A stretch of 64,000 nucleotides of DNA, from positions 91,027-155,026 of the forward strand of contig MCFE01000144.1 in NCBI GenBank assembly GCA_002104905.1. Direction: 5' to 3'. The translations under genes were made by a program, and so were the position numbers. Below are positions 12,041 through 24,845 of this stretch, one piece after another (position 1 is the first letter of the stretch; the number at the start of each line of letters is the position of its first letter). Origin of the DNA: Basidiobolus meristosporus CBS 931.73 (Eukaryota; Fungi; Basidiobolomycota). Below the pieces are notes generated by a model. The model saw nothing but the letters and a program-made list of their open reading frames with translations. It was not told the DNA's origin and did not search any database.

Positions 12041-14309
12041 GATGGAGGAGATAGTCACCAAAGCTACTGTAGAGAGAGTGAATATTACCTGGTAAAAAGT
12101 CCCAGTATTTATGGAGATTTGCTAGCGTGGTACAAGCGGGCTGATAACCAGCACAGCCAATCATGGTAGCATGTTCCATAGGTAAGTGTGGGTGTACAAT
12201 GATCAAGATGGATAAGACGGCTAGCTACCCTAGACTACTTATGGCCGGTACTACAATGACCCTCATTTTGGTAATACTGCGTATTCTGGCTAACGAAAGC
12301 CTGAGTATGTCTTTTCGCTGACCCATACATATGTATATATATACTCAATGTATACCCTGGTCACCGAGATCTTTTGTAAGCTGTATAGTGCTACCCAGCA
12401 TATATTCCACTCACTTTTTTCCATCTCCATGGAATCTTACTATGTTCATCTCTGTGTGTGTGTGGCCCGCAACGAATGCACATTATAACACAACTGTACA
12501 TGCTTATTCTCCAGTTGAGCTGCACAATGCTTGACGTTTGTCAAGATCCGGTCACCTGATGCTACATTGAGCTGAAATGCTGAATGCAATCACATAGCCA
12601 ATTAAAGAGATGGATTTAATCTGGATGAGCTCAGTACCATGTCTTCACTTCTCCAGCAAGTTATCAAATTTGAAAAGCAAATCATGTGCAATATGTATGG
12701 TTTATTGAATTATTTCGAAGTATTCAGTCACTGGGCCATTTCCACTATTTCAATGAATGATTCCTCATCAAATTGTCACCGTGTTTAATACCTAAATTTT
12801 GAAGCCAATGTTATGGTATTTATGTTGCAGCATAGATTGCTTACTGGATGTTTGCATACATGGAAGTTCCTTCCCTGCCAGAAGCCCTTAGGTAGTACAT
12901 GTCTGTTATTGTAGATATAGATGCCAGGAAGTGATTTATGGTTATATGAAGTTGGTATAGTATTAGCCTATTTGTCTAACGAGTAAAAATCATGCATACA
13001 AACTTGAGGTAGTGCCTTGTATGATTAACAGTAGGAACGGTGTAAGGGATGCCCTTGGAAGCAGCGCACAATTATCGAGGCACTTGCATGGCCACCAAGA
13101 CTTACCATTCCGAGGTGTTAGCAAATGATTTACATATGCATTCTGGAGACAATGCTACTTATCGGGAAAGTGGTAGACTAAGATTCAGGTATAATCCATG
13201 TGCTACACCACCATGTATATTAGCGGACTCAACATATATCACTAGTGAGTTGGTAGGGAGAGTTCATTAGTTGGTCTGCTTACATGGCTGAAAACAGAAC
13301 TCCAGTGCAACAAGAGAACCGCATCCCCAGCGACTTGATCAGTACTAGGGCCATTTGGTGGCAAGCGGACTCTTTGCTTCGCAAACAGCCCCCTAAAGTT
13401 GATAAAAAATCTTAGTTCCTTCAGCATCGGTGTTGAGGGGATTCTAACAAGGTTCAGTCCAGCGCATAAATTACTCGATGAATTTATATAAAAGTCGAAG
13501 AAACAGAATGACCAGCCCCAGTTTATATGCGTGCCAACCGCAAATACTCAAATCACATGGCTTTCCAGTAAAGGTTTCCTACAGAAAGAATGCATAGGCC
13601 TCAACTGCAACCCAAAACATCAAGATTGGGTGAAATCCCCCTTCTCTTCAATGGCATATCGCTACAGATTTATGGTGGGCCAAGCGTCCGAGTCTAACCT
13701 CCCACATCATGACGGAGCCGGGACAGTGTGTATTAGAAATCAGCGAATTTCACCCAACATCATTGCTCCGATATTATTAAGGGAGAAGTGGAATCTTTAG
13801 TTGCTAACCTCCTAGCCGGTTTCCTGGAACTTCTCCTCTTAGTTACGGGTTATTATCTTGCCCGACTCCTACCTCCTCCCAATGAAGGCGCAAGAACAAC
13901 AATGAATGGTTAGTAAACATGTACACGTAGGTGAGGTATGCGTGCGGTCGGAATGAAGGGTCATGTAGGTAAGGAACAGGGAAACGATTCATCTACTGGT
14001 CTGGCATGATTCATTGTTAGCCTTTTTGCAAAGAGTGGCTTGACCTGGCATCCACGCAATGTATCATCGGAAGATCGTTGCTTGGAGGTAATTAGCTCGA
14101 TTTAGACATTGGATTAGTTAGGCAAGTGAGCTAGCAAGGGCGAGGGTGTGAGGACAGCAGGGGGAGATTTAAGTGAGGGTCGGGTGAGAGGAAATGCTCG
14201 AATTGTCGGATGATTTACTCTTGCGCACATCGCTGTACGGAAGTAGTTATTCGACGAGGAGTATTTAAGCCAGGCTTGCCACCTACGGAGCAGACAAGAA
14301 ATATCCCTC

Positions 14310-15176
14310 ATGCTTTTCAAATCCACCGTTGTATTTACTGGTAGCCTAGCTTTCCTGTTGAGCGCAGAAGCTGCACCTCATATCACCCAACCACTCGTCA
14401 GCCTTGGGCTTAAGCTCGATCCACTGATCAAGGGGCCAGACGCCCCATTGCTGGAATTGGGCCAAGAGGACCCGGGGTTGCTTCATATCACCCCTCCATC
14501 ACTGGCCAACAGCCCATACTCGATCGATCTTCCGGAGGGCCTGAAATTCAATGCGGTCAACGACATTGTGTATGAAGGGTACGCTAGCTTGATGCGTGAC
14601 TATAGCGTCTCTTGTCAGGACGCCATCCGCCGGATCGATCAGGAATTCCCCAACGTCAAGAATTGTTCTGATGAAAATGGCCTCTATTTCAGCCAGCTAG
14701 ACACGATTTGCTCCGACGAATGCCTGGAACCCACCGTGACAGCCTCGAAGATCATCGTCGAGGCGTGCAAGCAGGAAGAGACCGATGGAGTAACCGACCG
14801 TAGCTATGCTTCTTGGTCGGATCTTGCCACAGCCAAGGCGGCATGTCAACCGGTCGATTACTTCGAGAGCAAGCGGTGTTTGGAGGTTGTCCTGGAGGCG
14901 AACGTGAACCGGGTCAACCTTAAGTACAAGAAGAACGCCAAGTTCCGGGAATATCAAGAGGTTCTCTGTCTCCCTTGCACTGAGGAATTCTACCTCGCCA
15001 CGCGAGATGCGGAGAATGTGCCCAATCTATACTTCAGCGCGTTGGAAGAGTCGGAGGAACTATTCCAGGCATTCGAGATGTATTGTGGGTACAACATGCC
15101 TTACACACCAAGCCCCACCACCACACAGCACAATGCCACTGCGACCACAACTGATGCTGTCTCGAAACACAACTAG
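14310..15176 (+). CDS. Secreted cysteine-rich protein, 288 aa, intronless
   Basis: Signal peptide MLFKSTVVFTGSLAFLLSAEA, 10 Cys, Thr-rich tail, AATAAA downstream at ~15382. Confidence 0.85.
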   Translation: MLFKSTVVFTGSLAFLLSAEAAPHITQPLVSLGLKLDPLIKGPDAPLLELGQEDPGLLHITPPSLANSPYSIDLPEGLKFNAVNDIVYEGYASLMRDYSVSCQDAIRRIDQEFPNVKNCSDENGLYFSQLDTICSDECLEPTVTASKIIVEACKQEETDGVTDRSYASWSDLATAKAACQPVDYFESKRCLEVVLEANVNRVNLKYKKNAKFREYQEVLCLPCTEEFYLATRDAENVPNLYFSALEESEELFQAFEMYCGYNMPYTPSPTTTQHNATATTTDAVSKHN

Positions 15177-15249
15177 GCCGACAAGAACCGACGACTTTGA
15201 CTAACTTATTTCCACCTCAAGCATGATAATTTAATTAGATACTTATTTT

Positions 15250-15297
15250 TTATCGTATGCATTATCGTATGCATTATCGTATGCATTATCGTATGCA
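15250..15297 (+). repeat. Perfect 12-bp tandem repeat (TTATCGTATGCA)x4
   Basis: Read directly, in the 3' flank of the secreted gene. Confidence 0.95.
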
Positions 15298-15557
15298 TAT
15301 ATGCTAATAAACTCTCCACCCGGATCTAAAATTAGACTTGCAACGATTGGCAGTGTTTGGTGTTGGAGTGAGTGGCGCTACAATAAAGCGAAATCTTGAC
15401 GGTGCGTTGGTGCCGAGATGACCTGTACCTATCAGTTACAGGCTAGGCACCGACCACATACTTCTTACAGAAATAAGACTGATTTATTTGGGTACATTTT
15501 GGCTCCATTGATGGAGTTGGGGGCAATTTGGTCTAGCTAAGGTTGACCAGGACTAGG

Positions 15558-16449
15558 TCAGTTCAGCCTGTTAAGTTTGGCCAAGGCAAGATCAGCAGCC
15601 TTACGACCGGACATCATCATCGCCCCGAAGGTTGGTCCCATGCGAGCAGTACCGCTGGCCTCGGCCACCTCCATTCCGGTAACGATCATTCCAGGAACAA
15701 TCTCCCGGGTCAATGACACAATGGCATCTTCAGAGGCGTTCATGTCCAAAGCGCGCATGCCGGGCATCTTGTCAAGGAGACCCACCTCCACAAGACGACG
15801 GACGCCAGTGGCGCCGAAAGGTCCATCGTGGCCGCAAGAGGACACCACAACTTTGGATTCCACCACTTGGGGGTCCATACAGCTCTGGGTACCATGAGCC
15901 TTGGTGACCAGGGCCCAGTTAGTCACGACCCCTGAAACTGTACCGTCCCGGATGATGAAATCTTCCACCGAGGTAGCGTTGAACAGCTTGACTCCGTTGG
16001 CAATCACCTTCGAGATCAAAGTGGAGGTGAAAAGGGCGGCGTGGGAGACCACCACATAGTTCTCCTTCTCGTCGTAGGCAATGCCAAGTTCATCAAGAAA
16101 TTCATGAGCCGGCTTGCGAACAACCATTGGAGAAAAGAGCTGGCCACCGACCCAGCCTCCGCCGCCTGGGGCAACTGAGGCTTCGATGACAGCAACCTTG
16201 ATACCTTTGTGCTTGCTGAGTTCGTAAGCACATGACAAGCCTGAAAGGAAGATCCGCTCAGTCGGGTGCAGACATATAGCCCCAAGGGGAGTGACAATTA
16301 CCTGAAGGACCAGCGCCTACAATGACGACGTCGGCATCAGCATAATCAATCAGATCCTGCATGTAGCGGGTGGTCATCTCGCGGGAGACATCAGACTCCT
16401 TGACGGGAGCGAACTTGAAGCTATCTTGAACAAGGACGTTGTGAACCAT
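15558..16449 (-). CDS. THI4: Thiamine thiazole synthase, 276 aa, 2 exons (intron 16241-16301)
   Basis: [15 protein letters not shown] motif, [12 protein letters not shown], catalytic-Cys motif [24 protein letters not shown]; TATAAATA 47 nt upstream of the ATG. Confidence 0.97.
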
Positions 16450-17183
16450 GCTTTTAAGGCTGTATACACTACACTTTGACGGCTCCACCGAGCGCTATTT
16501 ATACCTGAGACTGCCAGGGTTTTCCTACGAATAGTGTCACCATTTAATTTAACCGAAGGCCCCTTCCTTCTTTTTCCCATGAGTTTATCTTGGATAAGCT
16601 ACCTCCTTATCCATCTACCTCTACGAGTACTTCACTTCTAAATCTTAATGTGCGTCAACGGCGATTGTCACACAAAGACGATCGTTAGCAACTGATATTT
16701 GGCATAACAACGCAGATGAATCTCATCTTAAAAATGACACCATCTACATGTGAGATCTACGCCGTATGCGAGTGTGGAATCATGGTACTTCAAGACATTA
16801 CAAATTCCTAGCTTAATGGATCGGAATTCACATTTGATTTTGCAATAAAAGGAATGTATCAAGCGATAGTCAGATGCCATTCAATAGGACGGTTAAATCC
16901 TCAATTCTGGAATCCCGGCTTATCCGCTTGACGATTTCAGGCTATTAGTCAAGACAACGTAGAGAGGGGGTTACATGGTGGGGACCTCTGACACATAACC
17001 AAGTCGTTACCACATATGAGTAATGACAAGTCTGCTAACGCTGCGTGGTGGCTCCACCATGCGAAACGGTAGCGTTATAAGGGGAATGGATGTTCCATGG
17101 AAGGTTATGGGTTCCGGTTGATTTTGAGGGCAGGCGAAATCCTCCAATCGCGTGGACATTCCACTAATCATTTTTCAACAGTC

Positions 17184-17220
17184 CAAAATTTTCCGCTCAC
17201 GGTTTTTTTTTCGCGATGAT
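17184..17220 (+). promoter_or_regulatory. Possible RRPE-like (AAAATTTT) and PAC-like (GCGATGAT) motifs upstream of NSA1
   Basis: Both motifs lie ~80-115 nt upstream of a ribosome-biogenesis gene. They are defined in yeasts and the PAC match has one mismatch, so this is tentative. Confidence 0.3.
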
Positions 17221-17299
17221 AGCCGCACTCCCAGCCTTGAGGCCTGAGGCTGCTGGCTTGAGGGTCTTTGTCAACTACCCGAACACACATAGATAGAAC

Positions 17300-18852
17300 A
17301 TGAAACTTTATACCGGTGACGAGACAGGATTGCTGAAAGGTTAGGCTTTATTTTCGAACTACGACCTCCCCCTCCACCCACTAAACTGTTGCAGTGGTTA
17401 CCCCTGCCCAACCTAAGGAGGTGAAAAAACCCAAGAAAGCAAAGGTCGTTGATGACGAGGACGAGGAGGTGAAAAAGAAGGATGAAAAAGAGCCCAAAGC
17501 CACCATTTTAACCTATGGCAAAGTAAATCGCGACGAAGCCATTCAACAGCTTCTTGTGACCAAAGTTGGAGAGGAGAAGCTTAAGATGGTAGGGACATTC
17601 ACGGCACCAGTCTGTCGTCGTACAAGGCTAACGAGGCCTCGCAATCCAGATCGTTGCTGCTCGAAAGAGTGGCAAAATTCAATATATTCTTCCCTCCGAC
17701 GGTAGTGTTCGAAAGGAGTTCATTGAGGAGTTCCCCACAGTGGCGAAGAAAGAACCCGAATGCGTCTTTGTTGGACTTCATTCCACTGCCGAGTATGTCC
17801 TCTCGCCCACCCCGCCACTGTGAGCTTGATTTCTAACTGGGTGATTCTATATAGCACTGTGATCACTTGCACGAATTACGGCAGCATCAAGTATCGTTCG
17901 ATTTTAAAGGAGGCAGTAAGTTCGCCTTTTATCAACCTCATCGTCGCACGACCACTCACCGAATCCTAAAGGACCCTATTGTTGCCACTCTTGATGCCGG
18001 CAAAGACATATGCTCTATGGCCGTTCACCCTCAGCACAGCAACATTCTGGCTACTGGTGGCAAGGAGCGTGACTTGAATATCTGGGACATCAATCAAGCC
18101 GAGCCAATCTTCAAAGCCAAGAATGTAAGTACCTGTTATCATGAGGCGACCCCAGGCGAAACTAACCAGGCTCTTTAGGTGAAGAACGACTTTTTGGATT
18201 TGCGAGTTCCAGTGTGGATCACCGCCACGCAATTCCTGAACGAAGACACCCACAAAGTGGTTGTCGGTACCAAATATCATCAAATTCGTCTCTATGATGC
18301 CAAGAGCGCCCGTCGCCCGGTCCTGAACGTTGAGATCGGAGAGCATCCCATCGTTTCATTAACTCTGGCGCCAAATCAAACGTAGGCATCTCCCTAACTG
18401 TGGGTCTCCTGACACTTTTATTAACAACCTTTCAGGGAGATCATTTGCTCGGATAGCATTGGCAATCTGTCTGCCGTCGACATCCGTACAGGTAAGAACG
18501 GCGCACGATCCACGACGTACGAGGCGACGACTCACCATCTCCATCACTAGGCAAATTGATCCACACATACAAAGGAATCGTCGGTGCCATCCAGGATGTG
18601 GACATCAGCTCCGAATCGGCCCACCAAGTCTGTGCTAGTGTTTCGCTGGATCGATTCCTCCGTATCCACGAAATCTCCGGCTCCCGCAAGCTCCTGCACA
18701 AAATCTATCTCAAGCAAAAATTGACCCGTGTGGTCATCGACGAGGAGGAGGACGGCGAAGCCCAACCAGAAGAGGACGAAGACGAAGAGCTATGGAAGAA
18801 CATGCGCAAAGTGAGCTCAACCAAGAAGCGCAAGCAAAAGATTGCTGCTTAG
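17300..18852 (+). CDS. NSA1: WD40 ribosome biogenesis protein WDR74/Nsa1 (multi-exon)
   Basis: N-terminus MKLYTGDETGLLK, ILATGGKERDLNIWD, FKAKNVKNDFLDLRVPVW, RLYDAKSARRPV, SVSLDRFLRIHE, IYLKQKLT; acidic/basic tail; several short introns. Confidence 0.93.
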
Positions 18853-19339
18853 AAAACGTTTTAGATAATTCATTAATTCTCGATTTTGTTCACACTGCGT
18901 CGATGAGCAGAATAAACCATGTAAAAGTGATCAAGGTTCGGGGTGTTGAGCATAGTATAAGCATGAGGGGCGAGTGTTTAGATGATTGATTTCCCTTAAC
19001 AAAGAAAAAAATTTCGAACAAAACAAAGCGCTCAAGCAGCCAATCGATTTCCACCAACTGGTAAAGTAAACAATACCTGGTGGTGTTGTTGCATCAACGG
19101 ATTAACAAATAGATTAAAATATTTGGGAGATCTGGTTGGAAAACAAATCCACAGCCAAAAGCACTGGCGAATCTACCAACCTTCCATCTACAAAAGCTGC
19201 CCTCGGTGTGCTCTCCCTAAACCTCCCACCACTAACACTTCCCTTTTCTAGCTTCTTTCCAGTACCCATCCTTCCACTGTATTTCTCCCTAGTGATTGTT
19301 GTTTCCTAGTCCCGTTTTCCTCCACCAATCCATATCAGC

Positions 19340-20452
19340 ATGTCCAGCGAAATTTATCAGAGATTCGAAAAAGTTGGTGAAGGTACCTACGGTGTCGTTT
19401 ACAAAGCCAAGGATCGCAGAACTGGCGAGATTGTTGCCATGAAGAAAGTCCGCCTAGAGTCTGAGGACGAAGGAGTACCTACCACTGCCATCAGAGAAAT
19501 TTCCGTACTCAAGGAGCTCAAGCATGGCAACGTTGTTAGGTTGGGAGCATTCCTATGTAGAAACCTGCCATCAGAGTCCATCTTGCTAACTCCTCTTGTA
19601 GACTACTAGACATCGAGCACAACGACACCAAGCTATATCTTGTCTTCGAATTCCTTGACCTCGACCTGAAAAAGTACATGGACTTTGTCGGTGCCGAGGG
19701 CATGACTCCCAAGCTCGTCAAGGTAAGGCGCCTATGGTTACGGAGTAGTCTACGAAACATGTGTTGAATCTTGCCTTCTAGAGTTTCCTCTACCAATTAA
19801 TCAAAGGAATGGCGTTTTGCCATGCTCGTCGTATCCTTCATAGAGATCTCAAGCCACAAAACCTTCTTATCGACAAGGAGGGAGTCCTCAAGATTGCCGA
19901 TTTCGGACTGGCCAGAGCCTTTGGCGTTCCCATGAGAAATTATACACACGAAATTGTGACTCTGTGGTATCGTGCGCCAGAGGTCCTCCTCGGATCCAAG
20001 CACTATGCTACTGGGGTCGACATGTGGAGTGTGGGATGTATATTTGCAGAGATGGTCAATCGCCGTCCTCTATTCCCAGGTAAGCATCAAGCCCTTCCCC
20101 CTCGTCCTTGTCAATAGCTAATGATTGTCATCAGGGGATTCGGAAATTGACGAGCTTTTTAAAATCTTTCGCCTACTGGGCACACCCACTGAGGAAGAGT
20201 GGCCTGGTGTCACAAGCCTTCCCGATTACAAACCAACATTCCCTAATTGGAAGGGTCAACCGCTGTCCAAAGCTGTGCCGAACCTAGATCCTCTAGGCCT
20301 TGATCTTCTTCAGGTAAGTGTGACCTGTTGGCCAGATAAGCAATGCATGCTAACGCCGTCCATCGTAGAAAATGTTTATTTACGATCCAGCTCTCCGCAT
20401 CTCAGCCAAGAAGGCGCTTGCCCACCCATACTTCAGGGACATGGAACAGTAA
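19340..20452 (+). CDS. CDK1: Cyclin-dependent kinase 1 (Cdc2/Cdc28 family), PTTAIRE variant, multi-exon
   Basis: [76 protein letters not shown], final exon [13 protein letters not shown]. Confidence 0.96.
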
Positions 20453-21174
20453 ATAGTCTTCTACCAAATGAACCGCTTCCACCCCATCTGCTTTGGTTTT
20501 TTGTGTTAATTCTTTTCCTCTCGTAACTGTGTTATTATCATTTCGCTATTTCAACCACCATTGAGGTGGTTTATAAATTGCACAAAGCCTTGGAAACCAT
20601 GCCATGTATCTTGTATCACAAGAATAGGGGGTGAGATCCCCCCTGAGTGAGCGATAAATCCGTCCAAAGTATTTCATCTGATTCAAACGTGCTCGGGTAC
20701 ATTTAAGCATCAAATATGGAAAGGAGCTACGGGGTGCGGCTATGAGTATGGAGGAGTGCATCAATTATGACCAGAAGCATGTTTGGAGCACTCCATGTAG
20801 ATTCAGGGAGCCTTGACCACCTATTGACATTTTTGGCCAAGCTCACAGTTTTAGGTTGGGGTGGCAAAACCTGTTTATGAGTGCAATGTTTCAAGAGAGG
20901 GCGGTTGTGATAGACATCCAATATAGTGAGATGCACTTGGTTCTCATCTACTCAGCCATCTCCCCTATGTATGTAACTTATTTGGGCGTTAGAGAGGCCG
21001 GAAGGAACGAGGAGTCATCGTCGATGCTTGAAAGCACGATCCATTCATCCAAGGTCACCTACCCCTATCCCTACCAGCGCTACTAGTCACCATCGATCGA
21101 TCGAAGCTGAGGGAATCAGACCATCATCCATCCACCGATGTATGGAGATCGGACACCAGCCTGATGGTTTATAA

Positions 21175-21717
<543 letters not shown>

Positions 21718-21841
21718 TTATTGCATGCCTGACGTTCCATTGATTAGACTCCGAATTTGAGATTCCACTGCCCATTGTATAGCATAATTCAAGACAATAT
21801 TATAAATATACACAACAACAACCATGCATTCATTAGTGATT

Positions 21842-23832
21842 TTAGAATGGTAGGGATGGCTCGGCATTGTGAATATGCAACGGCTGGGGAGGCAGATAAT
21901 ATTTGATTCCAACCGCGATGATGCTTTCTTGCAAGGCAAACAAAAAGCGGGTTCTACGTTCCCAGCGTCGACCTCCGTCTTGCCAATTCCCCTTGAACTC
22001 TAAGAAAATGTACAACTTCATCATGTTGGTTTTGGTCATGTCAGCAATATGGATGTTGATACTGGGGTGGTAGTCGCGGGAATTGGCCTGCAGGAAATCG
22101 TTGATCTTTTGCTCCAGCTCCATAACCTTGGCCTTCGGTGTATAGAAGTCGATGCCAAGCTCTAGAAGAAACACCGGCTCAGTACTTCTTGGGCCAGTGA
22201 TGGCTGAATGGGAAGAAACTTACCAATCGTCTCGCTTTGATTACCCGACCGGCGGATGTTGTGGATGAACTTTGTGCACATCACCTCGTTGGGAGCGTAG
22301 ATCATTTGTCCATCCGCCTTGACAAAAATAGTGCTGAGCAAACCGACTTTGAACACCATTAGATTGTCTCCATCCAGAAACACACGATCGCCAGCGTCGT
22401 AAGGATGCTACAAAGCAGGGGTTAGTGCGGATAAAATCACACTGTCACGGCGAATGATACTTACAGTGACGAAGACAAATATGATGGATTTGAAGAGGGA
22501 GGCAGCGGTAGATCCGAAGACAAACGTCAAGGCCAAGAACATGGATCCCAGGGGAATCAAGGTTTTGACAATGCTGTTGTCGAAGAGCATGCAACAAGCA
22601 ATGAATAGAACGATAAAGGCAAAGACCAAGAAAATACGGTCGAGCTTCCCAACTGCCTGGGACATATCCCTCATTCCGATCATCAACGCCTTTCTCTCCT
22701 TGTAGATGAAGATAACCATATCCTTCATCTCTCGCTTACTGATGTCGCCGTTTCCGTCTTTATCGAACAGAGCAAACGCTTTCTCTGCCTCCTTGGGTTT
22801 GTTGAAGTACGGAAGAAAATCCTCCATCACTAAGAACTGTCGTTGATTTTGGAGTGCACCAAAGAGCTTTTTGGCCAACCTGCGTGCACGCTTTTGGGAG
22901 TTGATGTCGGTATCCACCTCACCATAATCTCCGCTCAGATCCATTTCGTGCGATTTACCATCCTGGGCCTTGATCTCTGCCATTGAGCCGCGATGGTGAT
23001 GGCGTTTAGCACCACGAAGACAGTCCAGCACCTCCAGGGCATACTTTATCTCAGACATACGATCCTTATATGCTCGCCTATGAAACCGGTAGGCAATTAA
23101 ATGGAGAATCAGCTTCTCCACGAACAAAATCCCGGCTGCCACGAGGAAACAAAGTAGCACGCGGAAGAAGTTCTTTTGTGGCATGTAATCAGGCTGGACT
23201 TCAACCTGACCATCTGGCAGAGTCTCAGGCTGGCTTTTAGACTCGTTGGCATGAGGAAAGAAGATCAAAAAAGAGCCCGAGGAGAACGCCATGATCAGCA
23301 CGAAGTTGAAGAACTTCCTGACTGCATTGAAATGCTCAATCCTTGTTTTATATGCTTCTTGCTTAGTCGGTTTGAGGCCTTTAATGATCTTGATCATCAT
23401 GAAGGGGGCCAGACGCACCGAGTAGATGGCAATGACCGAAAAGGCCCACACACAGGCCAGCCAGAAGAAGACATTCATGACGGTGCTGTGAGACTTCCAC
23501 CCGTGAGTAGCTCTGATCCCTATTGCTGGTGCCAAAAGGACTACCCCTCCCACAATCAGCAGCAGAAGGAATTTGAGGACTGATTTGGTTAAACCATTCG
23601 CATTCGACGCCGTTGCCTTTTGCTCTTCATAATGGGAATCGTCTTCGCTAACAGAATCCCAGTCGAACTGGTCATCCTCATCCTCCATGTAATCCTTGGC
23701 CTTGATCTGCGCAGCTCTGGTAAGAGTAATCTGCACATGACCTTCTTCTTGATAAGGGTGTTAGCTTGCGGAGCTCTCATTCTCAATGATAATGCCTTAG
23801 ATACCTGTCGTCTCCACCTTCTCCGTAGACAT
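21842..23832 (-). CDS. MscS-like mechanosensitive channel (Msy1/Msy2 type) with EF-hand, multi-exon
   Basis: Several TM segments, EF-hand AFALFDKDGNGDISKRE, FVFGSTAASLFKSIIFVFV/HPYDAGDRVFLDG, YAPNEVMCTKFIHNIRRSG, C-terminal YYLPPQP; TATAAAA upstream. Confidence 0.93.
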
Positions 23833-24845
23833 CTGTTACAAGATACGGCTGCAAGTCGCTATTCCTCGTTGCTATAAAGCCCAATAGCAACTTTTATACC
23901 CGGCGCACCCTAGCTGACCAAACAATCACTTGCCATAGATGAGAGTCATTTTGATTTTCCTTTTTCAGAACCTCATATTAACTCCCAGGCCCTCTCGATT
24001 CATTGTACAACGACTTGCTTCCTTATACTGGCCCAAGATTCATAAAAGGGAGCGGATGGCATCTTTATGATTGGGCCATCTCGTGCTCTTGAACACTGGA
24101 TAATATCCTAGCTGGATAGTTTGAAGCATAAATCGTTTGTGCTACATTTCCAATAACAAGGTGTCTCCTTCTAAGAAGATGGGATTTACAGATGATTTGC
24201 GATTTCTTATTTGAAACTCGCCCCAAGCTGTTTGAGATTAATTCGAGAGAATAATGGTCCAATCCACCCAATATATGAGTGGCTTTGAGGAACGTCTACT
24301 GTGTACTCTGCTTACTGAGAATGACGCAGGAACGTAGGTGCTACGAGGTGCATTGCTGATTTTTTCAAATACCCTGAGTTCTCTCTTCAAACAAACCCGA
24401 TTGTCTACGAAATTGGGGATGTGGGAACGTCACTATTACGTCGCTTCAACAACAATATTCTCAAGCCAGTGGTCCGAATCATCCGTGTCTACCCTGCTGA
24501 AAGGGCCCGGTGGTGGCAAACCATCAATCTGTGGATATGCCTTATAACTGGGATTGATGGCATTATTTAAACCGATTTGGCTTCGTGTGTGGGTGTGTGA
24601 ATGCTTAATAAAGATCTGACACTAAACAACTGATTCGTTGGCCAAATAAAAATCGCCTGCCAATCAAGGGTGATGAATTCTCGAAATAAGGGTACAGTAT
24701 TGAATTTTTTTGTTGGCAATGCTACGGAAAAGCTCGCATGGTAGATTCGTAAAAAAAAATCTAAGACGATTTCTACGTAGTGCTCCCTTTGCTGGAAAAG
24801 GTCAACCACAAAGCTAGTTTCTTTCTGGGAGGTCTACTTCATAAA

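Noticed and set aside
12100-14300. Short ORFs and a mildly CpG-poor patch in the DUF2235/secreted gene intergenic region
   Set aside because: No recognisable protein, tRNA or snRNA motif; may be old debris but cannot be supported.
15558-16449. Short, plant-like THI4 as a horizontal transfer
   Set aside because: Lack of the yeast-type insertion is probably the ancestral eukaryotic state; the Cys motif and spliceosomal intron fit a native gene.
16374-16580. Upstream ATG ORF MGKRRKG.. as the THI4 start
   Set aside because: Different frame, and it spans the TATA box; the ATG at 16449 gives the homologous sequence.
15380-17280. TPP riboswitch in or around THI4 (common in fungal thiamine genes)
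   Set aside because: No GCUGAGA...ACCUGAU...GCGUAGGGA core on the THI4 strand in the leader, the 61-nt intron or the 3' region. An Infernal RF00059 search would be decisive.
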